64,000 bases of DNA from assembly GCA_951406725.2 (NCBI GenBank), contig OX597818.1, positions 124,062,001-124,126,000 on the forward strand. Direction: 5' to 3'. Shown here piece after piece: positions 50,721 through 63,216 of this stretch (the stretch's first letter is position 1; every line of letters starts with the position of its first letter). The notes under the pieces are model-generated. The model was not told the DNA's origin. It was given only the letters and a program-made list of their open reading frames with translations, and did not search any database. This DNA is from Octopus vulgaris. Taxonomy: Eukaryota. The translations under genes and the position numbers were made by a program.

Positions 50721-50797
50721 GTCTCTGATGACAGAATACCCAGTGTGTGGACATGCTAACCTACCACTTGGTTTATTCCCAGAAATGGCTGTAAGAC
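50721..50797 (+). ncRNA. Degenerate type I hammerhead motif in ABTB1 intron 2 (sense)
   Basis: gtct-CTGATGA(50725-31)-long stem II-GAAA(50782-85)-tggctg-TA|agac; the base of stem II is mismatched. Confidence 0.55.
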
Positions 50798-51549
50798 TTC
50801 AGATTCACCTTACCCTAATTAAATTATTCTAAATGACATGAGATACTCATTCTTCCTTGGTTTTTGATTTTTACTCTAATATGATATTTCATCATCATCG
50901 TCGTTTAACATCTGCTTTCCATGCTGGCATGGGTTGGACGGTTTGACTGAAGACTGGTGAGCCAGAAGGCTGCACGAGGGTCCAATCTGATCTGGCAGAG
51001 TTTCTACAGCTGGATGCCTTTCCTAATGTCAACCACTCCGAGAGTGTAGTGGGTGCTTTTACGTTCCACCAGCACAAAGGGCCAGTCAGGCAGTACTGGC
51101 CACCTGCACAGTAGCCAGTCTGGCGGCACTGGCAATGACCACGCTCGAATGCTGTTTTTCACATGCCACTGGCACATGTGCCAGTAAGGTGATGCTGGCA
51201 AAGATCACGCTCGAATGGTGCCTTTTACATGCCACCAGCACAGGAACCAGTCAGCGGCCCTGGCAACGATGACACCCAGATGGTGCTTTTAACATTCCAC
51301 TGGCACGAGTGCCAATCAGGCAGTACTGTCATTGGCCAATTCAGCGATTTTGATTTCACTTGCTTCAAAAGGTCTTATATATATATTTGTCAAAATAACA
51401 TACCTCACTTAAATGCTAAAGGGCCTTGTCTACCTACCTATCTATATTTCTACATATCTAGCTATCTATCTATTCATCTGACTGCTTACCTACCTATTTG
51501 CAATTTCTTTCTATATGTTAGTGTTATAAAAGATTTTTTTTCTTTTCAG

Positions 51550-51605
51550 ATATTATGCCTGCCTGTGTGGTCATATTGATGTTGTATATTTTCTTTTGAC
51601 TCGAG
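51550..51605 (+). CDS. ABTB1: ABTB1 coding exon 3 (ankyrin repeat)
   Basis: ttttcag|A YYACLCGHIDVVYFLLTR G|gtaat. Confidence 0.93.
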
Positions 51606-53806
51606 GTAATACTCTTCTTTTTCTTTTCCTTTACTAAAAGATAGAAACTAAAATCAGTATTGATTTAAAACTATTTCTTTGTCATCATCATCATCGTTTA
51701 ACATCCATTTTCTGTGCTAGCTCGGGTTGGACGGTTCAACCGGGGTCTGGGAAGCCAGGAGGCTGTACCAGGCTCCAGTCTGATCTGGCAGTGTTTCTAC
51801 AGCTGGATGTCCTTCCTAACGCTAACCACTCCGTGAGTGTAGTGGGTGCTTTTTATGTGCCACCGACACAGGTGCCAAGGGAGGCTGGCAGCAGCCATGA
51901 TCGGTTGGTGCTTTTTATGTGCCACCGGCACAGAAGCCAGTCAAGGCGGTGCTGGCATTGGCCACGTTTGGATGGTGCTTTTTATGTGCCGCCGGCACAG
52001 GTACCATGACTACAATTTCCATCTACTGAATTTAGTTATGATGCTTTTATACTTCTTTCACTGCATCATGAAAGGAGGTCGTTTTCAATTCTCTATTTCT
52101 TATCATTCTTCTTATAAGATGGTGTATTGACAGAGTTTATAAAGTGTTGGCTATGGTACCACATGGTATTTGCTGTGACTTTCTGCATTCTGTGTTAACC
52201 TTTTAGTATTTAAACCAGTCATATCTGGCTCAAATATTTCTACCTGTTTTATATTGAAACTGGCCAGGAATGGCTGTGTGGTAAGTAGCTTGCTAACCAA
52301 CCACATGTTTCTGGGTTTAGTCCCACTGCGTGGCATCTTGGGCAAGTGTCTTCTACTATAGCCTCGGGCCGACCAAAGCCATGTGAGTGGATTTGGTAGA
52401 CGGAAACTGAAAGAAGCCTGTCGTATGTATATATATATATATGTATGTGTATGTGTTTGTATGTCTGTGTTTGTCCCCCTAGCATTGCTTGACAACCGAT
52501 GCTGGTGTGTTTATGTCCCCGTTACTTAGCGGTTCGGCAAAAGAGACCGATAGAATAAGTACTGGGCTTACAAAAGAATAAGTCCCGGGGTCGAGTTGCT
52601 CGATTAAAGATGGTGCTCCAGCATGGCCGCAGTCAAATGACTGAAACAAGTAAAAGAGTAAAAGAGAGTAAGAATAATGTAAATAAATAAGTATTACAAT
52701 TGAATGAGTAATTTGGATGCTAAAGGATTAAAATCCCAGCAAAGTTAACCCATTGCCTGTTCAAAATATTTTCATAAGTTTGTTCTAAACGTTCATGCTT
52801 GTTTACAGACATTTTGTTAGCTCTTCTATCATACATTCTGGGTAATACAAAGCACGCTTTTCTTAAGTCCCAGGTTACTCTGGTGGTTGAAAAAGAATTG
52901 GAATGTGTATCATATATGATGCATGGACATGAGAGAAATACGTTCTGTGTACCACACGTGATACACAGGACAGACAAATGGTTAACGTTGCCTTTTCAAT
53001 GTTTATAAAAAAGTAGTAATCCAGAGCAATAGATTAGCAAAATTGTTAGAGAGTTAGGTAAGATGGCTTTTTTGTGCCATGACAGTGACACCTGTGACAA
53101 CACCATTGCCAAGAGATATCAACCCAAGTAGACAACCTTCCCTGGGATAAAAATTAGTAGCATGGAAAGGGGCAACTTGCATGCAGTTGAGTCTTTCTCA
53201 AGAATCTTGCCCAAGCCTGCACATACACATGCATACAGATGCTTAGTCAGCATTCTCAGCAAAGGCCCTACATTCTCATTATATTTTTAGTTCTTATATA
53301 GAATTACCAAGAAACACTAACTCAATGTATTTAATCTCTCCCTCCTATCAAATAATTCTAATGAAATTTTCCCCAGAGTTTGTAACCATATAATTCTTTC
53401 TTTGCCATAGTTTTGGGACAAGTTATGAAAGTTTACAACTGCCTTAATTTTATTGACCATAACAATTTATTGAATTCCCTTTCAACCTCCACATCTCTAT
53501 GAGAAACTCTATTCTAAGTCATTCAATCCCATTCTCTATGCATCTTAACATTAATCCATCAAATGGTCTGTGTTGAGTTACAATTATACAAAGCTATAGA
53601 AAAAAAACTTTATTCTTCTTTCATTTTACTGGTTTTAGTCTGAGGGCTAGGGTCATGCTGGAGTTTGTTGATGTTTGTATATGTATCAACTGCAGTGCTT
53701 CCCTGATACTATTTTATCAATCTCATAGAGAACAATTGGCTGAAAGGACTATAGGTTATATAAAAGCTACATCTATACCACTTTGAAACAAATTTTTCTT
53801 ACATCA

Positions 53807-54052
53807 GCTACCCATAGATAAATCTATTACATTTGCTACCCTATGATAAATTCTTACTTTTGCTACCTACAGATAAATTCATTATTATTCATTATTATTG
53901 ATGCCTACAGATAAAACTGTTACTTTCACCACCCTGCCTACTGATAAACTCATTACTTTTGTCACCCACAGATAAACCCTTTGCTTTTGCCACTCACAAA
54001 TAAAGCCATTACTTGTGCTACTTACATTTGAATCCTTTACACTTACTACCCA
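53807..54052. repeat. Degenerate ~28-bp minisatellite
   Basis: Recurrent gctacc.acagataaa..cattactttt units, roughly eight copies. Confidence 0.65.
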
Positions 54053-54467
54053 CGTAAACCAGTAAAAGAATAAAAAGTATTCTAAGTGACTAAGACTATT
54101 TTCATATTAGTTACAGACAAAAATTGGACTAGTAAATGAGAAATATGATGTAAATTGTATATACCAATCAAATGAACGCTTTGTGGGTGAGATATTCAAC
54201 TTTTTGGCAATCTGTCTATTGTATTTTGTGAACGTATAGCCTGTGGCTATTGTTACCATTAACCATTAGTACACTATTTTCTCTAGAATTGTTTTCCCTG
54301 CTACTGCCTTGTTACTACAGGGGAGAAAACTCATATGGTGAGTTGATGCACCTACAGTGTGCTAAAGGTAGAAAGAAACTTTGAGTATATGAGCTGATGT
54401 AGAAGCAAAGCAAATAGTCTATAACTTTTGTTTATGTTTGTTTTTGTTAAATTATCTATTTGTACAG

Positions 54468-54612
54468 GTGCTAAATGTGAGAGAAATACCTTCGATGGGG
54501 AGAGATGCCTTTATGGTGCCTTAAACAATGAGATTCGGAATCTACTGAAGTCTTTCAAAGTTATTACAGCTAAAATTCTGCAGAGAAATATATTTGATGA
54601 ATACTTGCAAAG
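54468..54612 (+). CDS. ABTB1: ABTB1 coding exon 4
   Basis: tacag|GT AKCERNTFDGERCLYGALNNEIRNLLKSFKVITAKILQRNIFDEYLQ AG|gtatt; NTFDGERCLYGAL is characteristic of ABTB1. Confidence 0.95.
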
Positions 54613-54874
54613 GTATTTCATTGGAATCTTTCATTTATTTTAAGTTATTGAATTGTAAAATCATGGTTGTCCTTGCATACAGGCATGTCCCCTCATCCCT
54701 CTTCAGCAAATCAATCCTAATCTTGCAGGTTCATGGGTGCTGATGTCACATAAAAAGCATCCATACCTTGGACAAGTATATTGTACTATAGTCTCAGGCC
54801 AACCAAAATCTTGTGAGAGGATTTGGTGGTGGACAGAAACTAAAAGAGCCCTGTTGTATATATGCATGTGTGTG

Positions 54875-54908
<34 letters not shown>

Positions 54909-55090
54909 AGTTTATAGGGATATATTATCCGGGCAAATACCGTGTTGGCTCTCAGTTAAGTTCCAGGTTATGGCTAGCCACATCAATCAGTATTTTATGT
55001 CTATGATTACTATTAGTTGTCAGTCACTCTGTAAATTCCTCTGATGGGTAATTCCGTTTTTGCTTCACTGGATGGTAATATTGTCTGGAG

Positions 55091-55309
55091 CAGTGCTTTT
55101 CAAACTTTTTGCTGGAGCGGAACCCCAAGGAAACATTCCACTAGCTCAAGGAACCCCTGTGAAATAATTTAATAGTCTTATGCACACATATCTGCACAGG
55201 AGAATTAAAAATTACTGTCGATTTTAGCAGTTTTGTAACTTCTTGCGGAACCCCTGGACTGTGCTGGCGGAACCCTGAGGTACCGTGGAACCCTGGTTTA
55301 AAACCACTG
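55091..55309. mobile_element. hAT (Charlie-like) MITE
   Basis: TIR cagtgcttttcaa / ttaaaaccactg; perfect 8-bp TSD gtctggag at 55083-55090 and 55310-55317. Confidence 0.85.
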
Positions 55310-55426
55310 GTCTGGAGTATATATTATCAATAATTATAGCTATATAGAATATGGAGACTTATTCATCCTCAAAATTTATATGCTCTTATTTTACAATTTT
55401 ATACAGCTTATTTTTATGATCTTTGT

Positions 55427-55485
55427 GACCTACACGTGTTTCCACTGCACCAGTGTACAATTTTCAGTGCAGCTTCTTCAGGGTC
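55427..55485 (-). ncRNA. Minimal type I hammerhead motif in ABTB1 intron 4 (antisense)
   Basis: Minus strand: gacc-CTGAAGA-agctgcact...ggtgcagtg-GAAA-cacgtg-TA|ggtc; stem III acacgtgt is a perfect palindrome. Confidence 0.65.
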
Positions 55486-55775
55486 TATTCATTTGGCTAG
55501 TTGTGTGTTGTGTGTGTGACAACATGTAATAGGTGCATATGAATGTCACTGTCATACAAGCAGTGTCATTTGCAGTATCCTGCAGAAACATGTTTGGCCG
55601 GGGGGGGGGGGACTATCTTGCTTGGAAACGGGTGAGGTGTTGGTGACAGAAACAAACCACCTCAATAAAGTTCATCCGACTCATGCAAGCATGAAAATGT
55701 GGATGTTAGAAACTTTGATGATGATGAATATATTGGATTATCGTTGGTTATTTATTCTTTTAGCACTAGTGAAAT

Positions 55776-56171
55776 TTTTTTTTTTTTTTGGAAGCACTCC
55801 GTCGGTTCCGACGACGAGGGTTCCGGTTGATCCGATCAACGGAACAGCCTGCTCGTGAAATTAACGTGTAAGTGGCTGAGCACTCCACAGACACGTGTAC
55901 CCTTAACGTAGTTCTCGGGGATATTCAGCGTGACACAGAGAGTGACAAGGCCGGCCCTTTGAAATACAGGTACAACAGAAACAGGAAGTAAGAGTGAGAG
56001 AAAGTTGTGGTGAAAGAGTACAGCAGGGATCACCACCATCCCCTGCCGGAGCTTGTGGAGCTTTTAGGTGTTTTCGCTCAATAAACACTCACAACGCCCG
56101 GTCTGGGAATCGAAACCGCGATCCTACGACCGCGAGTCCGCTGCCCTAACCACTGGGCCATTGCGCCTCCA
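55776..56171 (-). mobile_element. Family-R SINE with poly(A) tail
   Basis: 12-bp TSD cactagtgaaat at 55764-55775 and 56172-56183. Confidence 0.88.
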
Positions 56172-56406
56172 CACTAGTGAAATACTTCATGTTATACATG
56201 GAATTACATTTTTGAAGAGAAAAAGAAAAACATAAAAAAACTGAGAAATGTTGTCAGAAATTGTGGATAAGCAAATCTGAAGAAACAATCTTCAAACTAA
56301 TGGTGGAACTTTTATACATTGATAGGCTAGAAATAGCAGCCAAATTTCTCGCAACACACTCTTTTTCAATATTGTCTAACTTCATTCTCCTTCTCTATAT
56401 TTTTAG

Positions 56407-56566
56407 GTTACAAGAAGACATTACATTTTCTGACATCATATTTTATGTGCATGGGGTCCGTTTTTCAGCGCACAAGGCTGTTCTGTCAAGTCGTTGCTCT
56501 TATTTTGCTGAGCTTTTCAACACAAAATGGAAGAACAAATCTGAAGTGAATCTGAATCACCAACTT
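56407..56566 (+). CDS. ABTB1: ABTB1 coding exon 5 (start of first BTB domain)
   Basis: ttttag|G LQEDITFSDIIFYVHGVRFSAHKAVLSSRCSYFAELFNTKWKNKSEVNLNHQL|gtaag. Confidence 0.95.
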
Positions 56567-57200
56567 GTAAGCTCTTTTGATTACTTTAAAAAGCAAAAAT
56601 GAGAGTTTAGTGAAGAACTTTATGAATTAATTATGCAAATTTAGGTGCAGGAGTGGCTGTGTGGTAAGTAGCTTGCTAACCAACCACATGGTTCCGGGTT
56701 CAGTCCCACTGCATGGCATCTTGGGCAAGTGTCTTCTGCTATAGCCCCAGGCCAACCAATGCCTTGTGAGTGGATTTGGTAGACGGAAACTGAAAGAAGC
56801 CTGTCGTATATATGTATATATATATATATATATGTGTGTGTCTGTGTTTGTCCCCCTAGCATTGCTTGACAACCGATGCTGGTGTGTTTACGTCCCCCGT
56901 CACTTAGCAGTTCAGCAAAAAGAGACCGATAGAATAAGTACTGGGCTTACAAAGAATAAGTCCCGTGGTCGATAAAGGCGGTACTCCAGCATGGCCGCAG
57001 TCAAATGACTGAAACAAATAAAAGTAAAGTAAAGTAAATTATAGACAGTTATAATGGTTTTTAACATAGACACAGGCTTCAAATTTGGGAACAGAGGATA
57101 TTTGATTATATCAACGATTACAAATAAGTTCACCGCCATCAATTTACCATGAGAAAAGTTCACCAGGAGGAAAGTTTACCAAGAAAATATATTTGTAGTA

Positions 57201-57663
57201 CCGTAAATCCTTGAGTATAATATGCAGGGGATTTTTAGGGGGCTGTACTTCTGAAAAACCTAAACCTTGTGTATAATATGCACCCCTTCTCCAACCTGAG
57301 TCAAGGAGGTCTGTATAATGTCCTTGGTTTGTAAAAATGTATACGGTAACGTCCTTTATTATTATTGTATATATAACATAATGCAAATGCGTGGCTTTTT
57401 TGTGCATTTTGTTTGCAGAAAATAAAGAAATAACAGTAATAACATTTAATAAATGTTGCTAACTGCAAGTTATGGATGATTTAAGGTATTTTCGCGCCCG
57501 ACATCACAAAATGCATCTGAATAAACATTATCGGACAGCAAATAGAGACGCGGACATTGCTTAGAAAATAATTTTCATTTTTAACCTCATATATTGTACG
57601 CACTAGGGATTTTGACCTTTAAATTTCGGGAAACAAATGCAGATTATACTCGAGGATTTACGG
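57201..57663. mobile_element. pogo/Tc2-like MITE
   Basis: ta|ccgtaaatccttgagtataat ... attatactcgaggatttacgg|ta; TA TSD. Confidence 0.8.
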
Positions 57664-57789
57664 TATCTCACCATTAATAATTAAAAGCTATTTTATTGAA
57701 AAAAATGGGGAATTGATGGCATTGAACTTTCCTTGCAATGAATTGTTGATGGTGAACTTTCTGGATATGTATATCACCCTCAGTATTCT

Positions 57790-58176
57790 TTGGAAGCACT
57801 CCGTCAGTTACAACGACGAGGGTTCCGGTTGATCCGAATCAACGGAACAGCTTGCTCGTGAAATTAACATGTAAGTGGCTGAGCACTCCACAGACACGTG
57901 TACCCTTAACGTAGTTCTCGGGGATATTCAGCGTGACACAGAGAGTGACAAGGCCGGCCCTTTGAAATACAGGTACAACAGAAACAGGAAGTAAGAGTGA
58001 GAGAAAGTTGTGGTGAAAGAGTATAGCAGGGATCACCACCATCCCCTGCCGGAGCCTCGTGGAGCTTTAGGTGTTTTCGCTCAATAAACACTCACAACGC
58101 CCGGTCTGGGAATCGAAACCGCGATCCTATGACCACGAGTCCGCTGCCCTAACCACTGGGCCATTGCGCCTCCACT
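57790..58176 (-). mobile_element. Family-R SINE
   Basis: 11-bp TSD ctcagtattct at 57779-57789 and 58177-58187. Confidence 0.88.
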
Positions 58177-59139
58177 CTCAGTATTCTACTTGTAAAGTGT
58201 TTAAGTTTTTAAGGTAATGGGCTCACATTATTTTGTCGCAGGTTTGATTCCTGGACTGGGCAGTGAATTTTATCTTTCAGCAAGGCATGTCATTTCATAT
58301 TGCTCCATTTCACTCAACTGAGGTGGTGATGGTAGGAGTTAATTCTGTGGCGGTCAGCTTCACCTTCATCCTTTTGGGGTTGATAAATAAAGTGCCAGTC
58401 AAGTATTGGGGTGGAGACAAAGGTCTCCCACCTGGGCCCTTTAAAATTGCTAACCTTGTGGCTAAATCAGAAACCATTTATCATTGGTATTATTACTGGT
58501 TATTGGAATGTGGCGAACTGACAGAATCGCTAGCATGCCAGACAAAATGTATATTGGCATTTCTTCTGGCTGTGCATTCTGACTTCAAATGCCATCAGAG
58601 TTTTGATGTACTGTTTTCTGCTACAACAACCTGCTTGTCTAGGAGGCCCCATAAAAAATCAAGTATTGTCGCCCTGGTGTGTCTGTGTCATAAGAAGCTT
58701 ACTTCCCAACCACATCGTTTGAGGTTCGGTCCCACTGTATGGCACCTTAGGCAAATGTCTTCTACTATAGCCTTGTGCTGACCGAAGCCTTGTGAGTAGA
58801 TTTGGTAAACAGAAACTGAAAGAAGCTTGTGTGTGTGTATGTATGTGTGTGTGTGTTTGTCTCCCATCACCGCTTGACTCTCTCGTAACTTAACAGTTCA
58901 GCAAAAGAGACCAATAGAATAAGTACTAGGCTTTAAAAAAAAAAAGTCTTGAGGTCAATTTATTTGACTAAGACTTTTCAAGGTGGTGCTCTAACATTGC
59001 TATAGTCAAATGACTGAAGTAAGTAAAAATAAAAGGTACATACAGGCAGCAGGTAAGCCACACATATTAACTATGCACAATCACACAAACATATTGGTTT
59101 TTATGCTTACAAATGTTTTACACCTTACTCTATTCACAG

Positions 59140-59185
59140 ATTTACCCGCAAGCATTCAAAGCTCTTTTAGAACATTTATACACAG
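59140..59185 (+). CDS. ABTB1: ABTB1 coding exon 6 (46 nt; not in the ORF track)
   Basis: ttcacag|IYPQAFKALLEHLYT G|gttggt; matches the BTB motif F..LL.YLYT; phase 0 to phase 1 fits both neighbours. Confidence 0.9.
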
Positions 59186-60956
59186 GTTGGTATACACTCT
59201 TTTAATGTAGCGAGTTGATAAAGCTGTTAAAGTATCAGCTAGAATATCATCCTGTATTCCTTTTTGGATCTCTGTACTCATCATTTTTAACATCACCACC
59301 ACCACCACCACCATCACCACCACCACCACCACCACCATCACCACCACCACCACCATCACCACCATCACCACCATCATCATCATCATCATTTAACACCTTT
59401 TTTCTACGCTGGCATGGGTTGGACAGTTTGACAGGGGCTGACTGTCTGAAGGGCTGTTCAGGTACCGTGTCCGTTTTGGCATGGTTTCTATGGCTTGATG
59501 CCCTTCCTAATGCCAACCACTTTACAGATTGCACTGGCATGGGTGTTTTTTACATTGAAAAAAAATGGTGAATTGATGACATTGAACTTTCCTTGCAATG
59601 AATTGTTGATAGTGAACTTACTGGATATGTATATCAACCTCAGTATTCTACTTGTAAAGGCATATGGTCAAGTGTTTAAGGTAATGGGCTCACATTATTT
59701 TGTCGCAGGTTTGATTCCTGGACTGAGCAGTGAATTTTATCTTTCAGCAAGGCATGTCATTTCACATTGCTCCATTCCACTCAACTGAGGTGGTGATGGT
59801 AGGGGTTAATTCTGTGGCGGTCAGCTTCACCTTCATCCTTTTGGGTTTGATAAATGAAGTGCCAGTCAAGTATTGAGGTGGAGACAAAGGTCTCCCACCT
59901 GGTCCCTTTAAAATTGCTAACCTTGTGCCTAAATCAGAAACCGTTTATCATTGGTATTATTACTGGTTATTGGAATGTGGTGAACTGACAGAATCGCTAG
60001 CATGCCAGACAAAATGTATATTGGCATATTGTTTTTCATCATTTCAGAATCAATAGGGACATACATAGCACTCTGTTGGTTCCGATGATGAGGGTTCCAG
60101 TTGATCCGATCAACGGAACATCCTGCTTGTGAAATTAACATGCAAGTGGCCGAGCATTCCACAGCCACATGTACCCTTAACATAGTTATCAGGGAGATTC
60201 AGTGTGACCCAGAATGTGACAAGGCTGGCCATTTGAAATACAAGTACTACACATCTTTGCCAGCTGAGTGGACTGGAGCAACGTGAAATAAAGTGTCTTG
60301 CTCAATGACACAATGCATTGCCAGGAATTGAACTCAAGACCTTACGATCATGAGCCAAATACCCCAGCCACAAAACGCCTTCACATTAATAATAATATAC
60401 CAGTCCAATATTAGGATTAATTCTTCTTCCCTCTCTCCTTCTTACTTCCTTGCTTTTACATTTTCTCATGAAAAAAATTGGCTGTGTTCAGACCAGGAGA
60501 GGGTGGGGTTCCACCTGGTTCAAAGTGTCCAAGACACCACCACATATGATGGCATTCCAATGATACCATCAACAGATGAAGGCCTAAGAAAGGAAGGATG
60601 ACAAAATCATTTTGAAAGAAATACAACCATTGATATTGATTTTCTAAATCCTTAAATTATACATTTCTAAATCAATGTTGCACCTGGATATACTCTGTGG
60701 TGCCCCTTTGTACAATGATGCATCATATGAAAACCATAATATTAATTTGTATTCCTTCTGCTGAAGACTACATGGGTGAATAAGGAACTGTCTGCAAAGA
60801 TTATAGTCAAAACTTTTATCAATATTGATGTAAAGTCATATCTTCTTTGTGAAAAATAATAAGACTCTTTTGTCATGAACAAGAGATGACAATTTCGTTT
60901 TTGGATTTGGTTTAAAAAATTCTTTATATGAGTTCGTGTGTTGAAGCATAATCTGT

Positions 60957-61180
60957 TGTGTCTGGGGAGAGTCATTTTCTTTTTGTGCCTTATAATGTAA
61001 CACACTCACCGGTAAAATTTCCACTTATTTTTATTTTCCTAAATAACGGACAGAGTCAAGACTATTGAAAAGGTTGCAAGATGCAATGAAAATTTTAGGA
61101 AATAAGAAATAAGTGGAAATTTTACTAGTGAGTGTGTTACATTATAAGGCACAAAAAGAAAATGATTCTCCCCAGACACA
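60957..61180. repeat. Inverted repeat (~74-bp arms), MITE-like
   Basis: 60957-61030 is the reverse complement of 61107-61180 with few mismatches. Confidence 0.75.
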
Positions 61181-61570
61181 AGAGATGACAATTTCTCCAG
61201 TATTTGTTCCAAGATAAGATATACTTGGTCCACTCTGTAACTTTGGTCGGTCAAGCTGGAAAACCTTTCATTAGAAGGTCAGCTTTTGGTGGTAGATGGG
61301 CAGAATCCTTAGAATTAGGACCAAAATGCTTTTGTGGTATTTGTTCTGGTGTTAAGTTTAAACCCTACTGGGGTCAATTTTGTCTTTTGTCCTTTTGAGG
61401 TTGATACAATAATGTACCAGTCAAGTATCTGGGGGTCAATTTAATCAACCAACTCCCTCTCTTAAAATTGTGCCTATATTAGAAACAGTTATAGGCTAAC
61501 TTGTTCAGGGTTGGCCTGAAGCTACAGAACAGCATACAGCAACATTATCCTTGTCATCTCTGTCATTGCT

Positions 61571-61606
<36 letters not shown>

Positions 61607-61743
61607 TTCGTTTGTAATTTCTCAAAACAAAATTATGAATAATTTTCAATGTTTTCATTTGTTTTGTTTCTTTATCTTCTTTATATTTCCACCACCACTA
61701 TCATCACCATCGCCATTGCCGCTACCATCTGTTACCATAATAG

Positions 61744-61860
61744 ATACCTCAGAAATTGGTGTGGACTACGTCGATGACTATGTTCGTCTAGCAAGACACT
61801 GTAAACTTGATGCTTTAGAAGATGCCGTAAGCCGAAATCTCAGAAAGCTGTATAGCTATG
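61744..61860 (+). CDS. ABTB1: ABTB1 coding exon 7 (gene continues beyond window)
   Basis: aatag|AT TSEIGVDYVDDYVRLARHCKLDALEDAVSRNLRKLYSY G|gtaagt. Confidence 0.9.
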
Positions 61861-62029
61861 GTAAGTAGGAGGATTAAAGTTCAGGTCTTTTCAACACTAA
61901 CTGTGACAAATTTTTATTGCATTTCACATTCTTCTTTTGTTTATCTTTTCCTGATTTCACTCATTAGAATCCAGTCATGCAGGGGTACCACCTTCAGGGA
62001 TTTTACTCAATTATATTGCCACCACCACC

Positions 62030-62075
<46 letters not shown>

Positions 62076-62084
62076 AGGCATTAT

Positions 62085-63155
62085 TGTCTTAAATCCTTGG
62101 ACTCACCATAATCAACTGCTTTAAAGGTAAAGGTGATGCTTTAGATAGAAATAGCTACAGGGGTATCAAATTTCTGGATCAGGTGATGAAAGTCACTGAA
62201 AGGTTCATAGCCTAACTAATCAGGGAGAGAGTTAGCCTAGATGAGATGCAGTTTGGTTTTGTGCCAGGCAGAAGCACCAGTGATGCTATATTTCTGGTAA
62301 GGCAACTGCAGGAGAAATACCTAGCCAAAGATAAACCTCTGCACTTGGCTTTTGTTGACTTCGAGAAAGCCTTTGACAGAGTCCCCCAATCTCTTATCTG
62401 GTGGTCAATGAGAAAAGTAGAGGTAGACGAGTGGTTGGTAAGAGTTGTACAAGCCCTATACAGGGATACTGTCAGTAAGGTGAGGGTTGGCAACAAGTAT
62501 AGTGAAGAATTCCAGGTAGAAGTAGGGGTTCACCAAGGATCAGTCCTCAGCCCCCTCTTATTCATCATAGTCCTCCAGGCAATAACAGAGGAATTCAAGA
62601 CAGGCTGCATCTGGAAGCTTTTCTATGCTGATAACTTTGCTCTAATAGCTGAGTCACTACCAGAACTAGAGATGAAGTTTCAGGTGTGGAAGCAAGATCT
62701 AGAATCAAAGGGTCTTAGAGTCAATCTAGCGAAAACCAAAGTCCTAGTAAGTAGGAAGGGAGACAAATCACAAATCCCTTCAGGGAGATGCCCTGCTTGA
62801 TCTGTAGAAAAGACGTAGGTAGAAACTCCATAAGATGTATGCAGTGCAAGCTATGGACACATAAGAGGTGCAGCAATATGAAAGGAAGGTTAACTGGGAA
62901 GATAGTTTTTGTGTGTGGCAGATGCACAGGGACAATAAACACCGAAGATGTACAGAAAAAGATTCCCTCACATGCCAGGGGAAAAAACTAGAAGTAGTTG
63001 ATAGCTTCTGTTACCTAGGTGACTAAAGTCAGTAGTGGGGGGTGGATGCTCTGAAAGCATAGCCTGGGTAAAGTTCAGACAGCTCCTTTCTCTGCTGGCA
63101 ACAAAGGGCCTTTCACTCAGAGTGAAAGGTAGACTGTATGATGCATGTGTGTGAT
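62085..63155 (+). mobile_element. RTE-clade LINE internal fragment (degenerate RT followed by Cys/His-rich segment)
   Basis: YRGIKFL, QFGFVPGRSTSDAIF, AFVDFEKAFDRVP, GVHQGSVLSPLLF, YADN (YADD mutated); frameshifts. Confidence 0.88.
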
Positions 63156-63216
63156 GTATATATATGTATATGTTTCTGTATATATATGTTTATGTATAAA
63201 TGTATCTATATATATA

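Noticed and set aside
59215-59571. Proline-rich and glycine-rich ORFs
   Set aside because: Derived from a (CAC)/(CAT) microsatellite at a retroposon tail.
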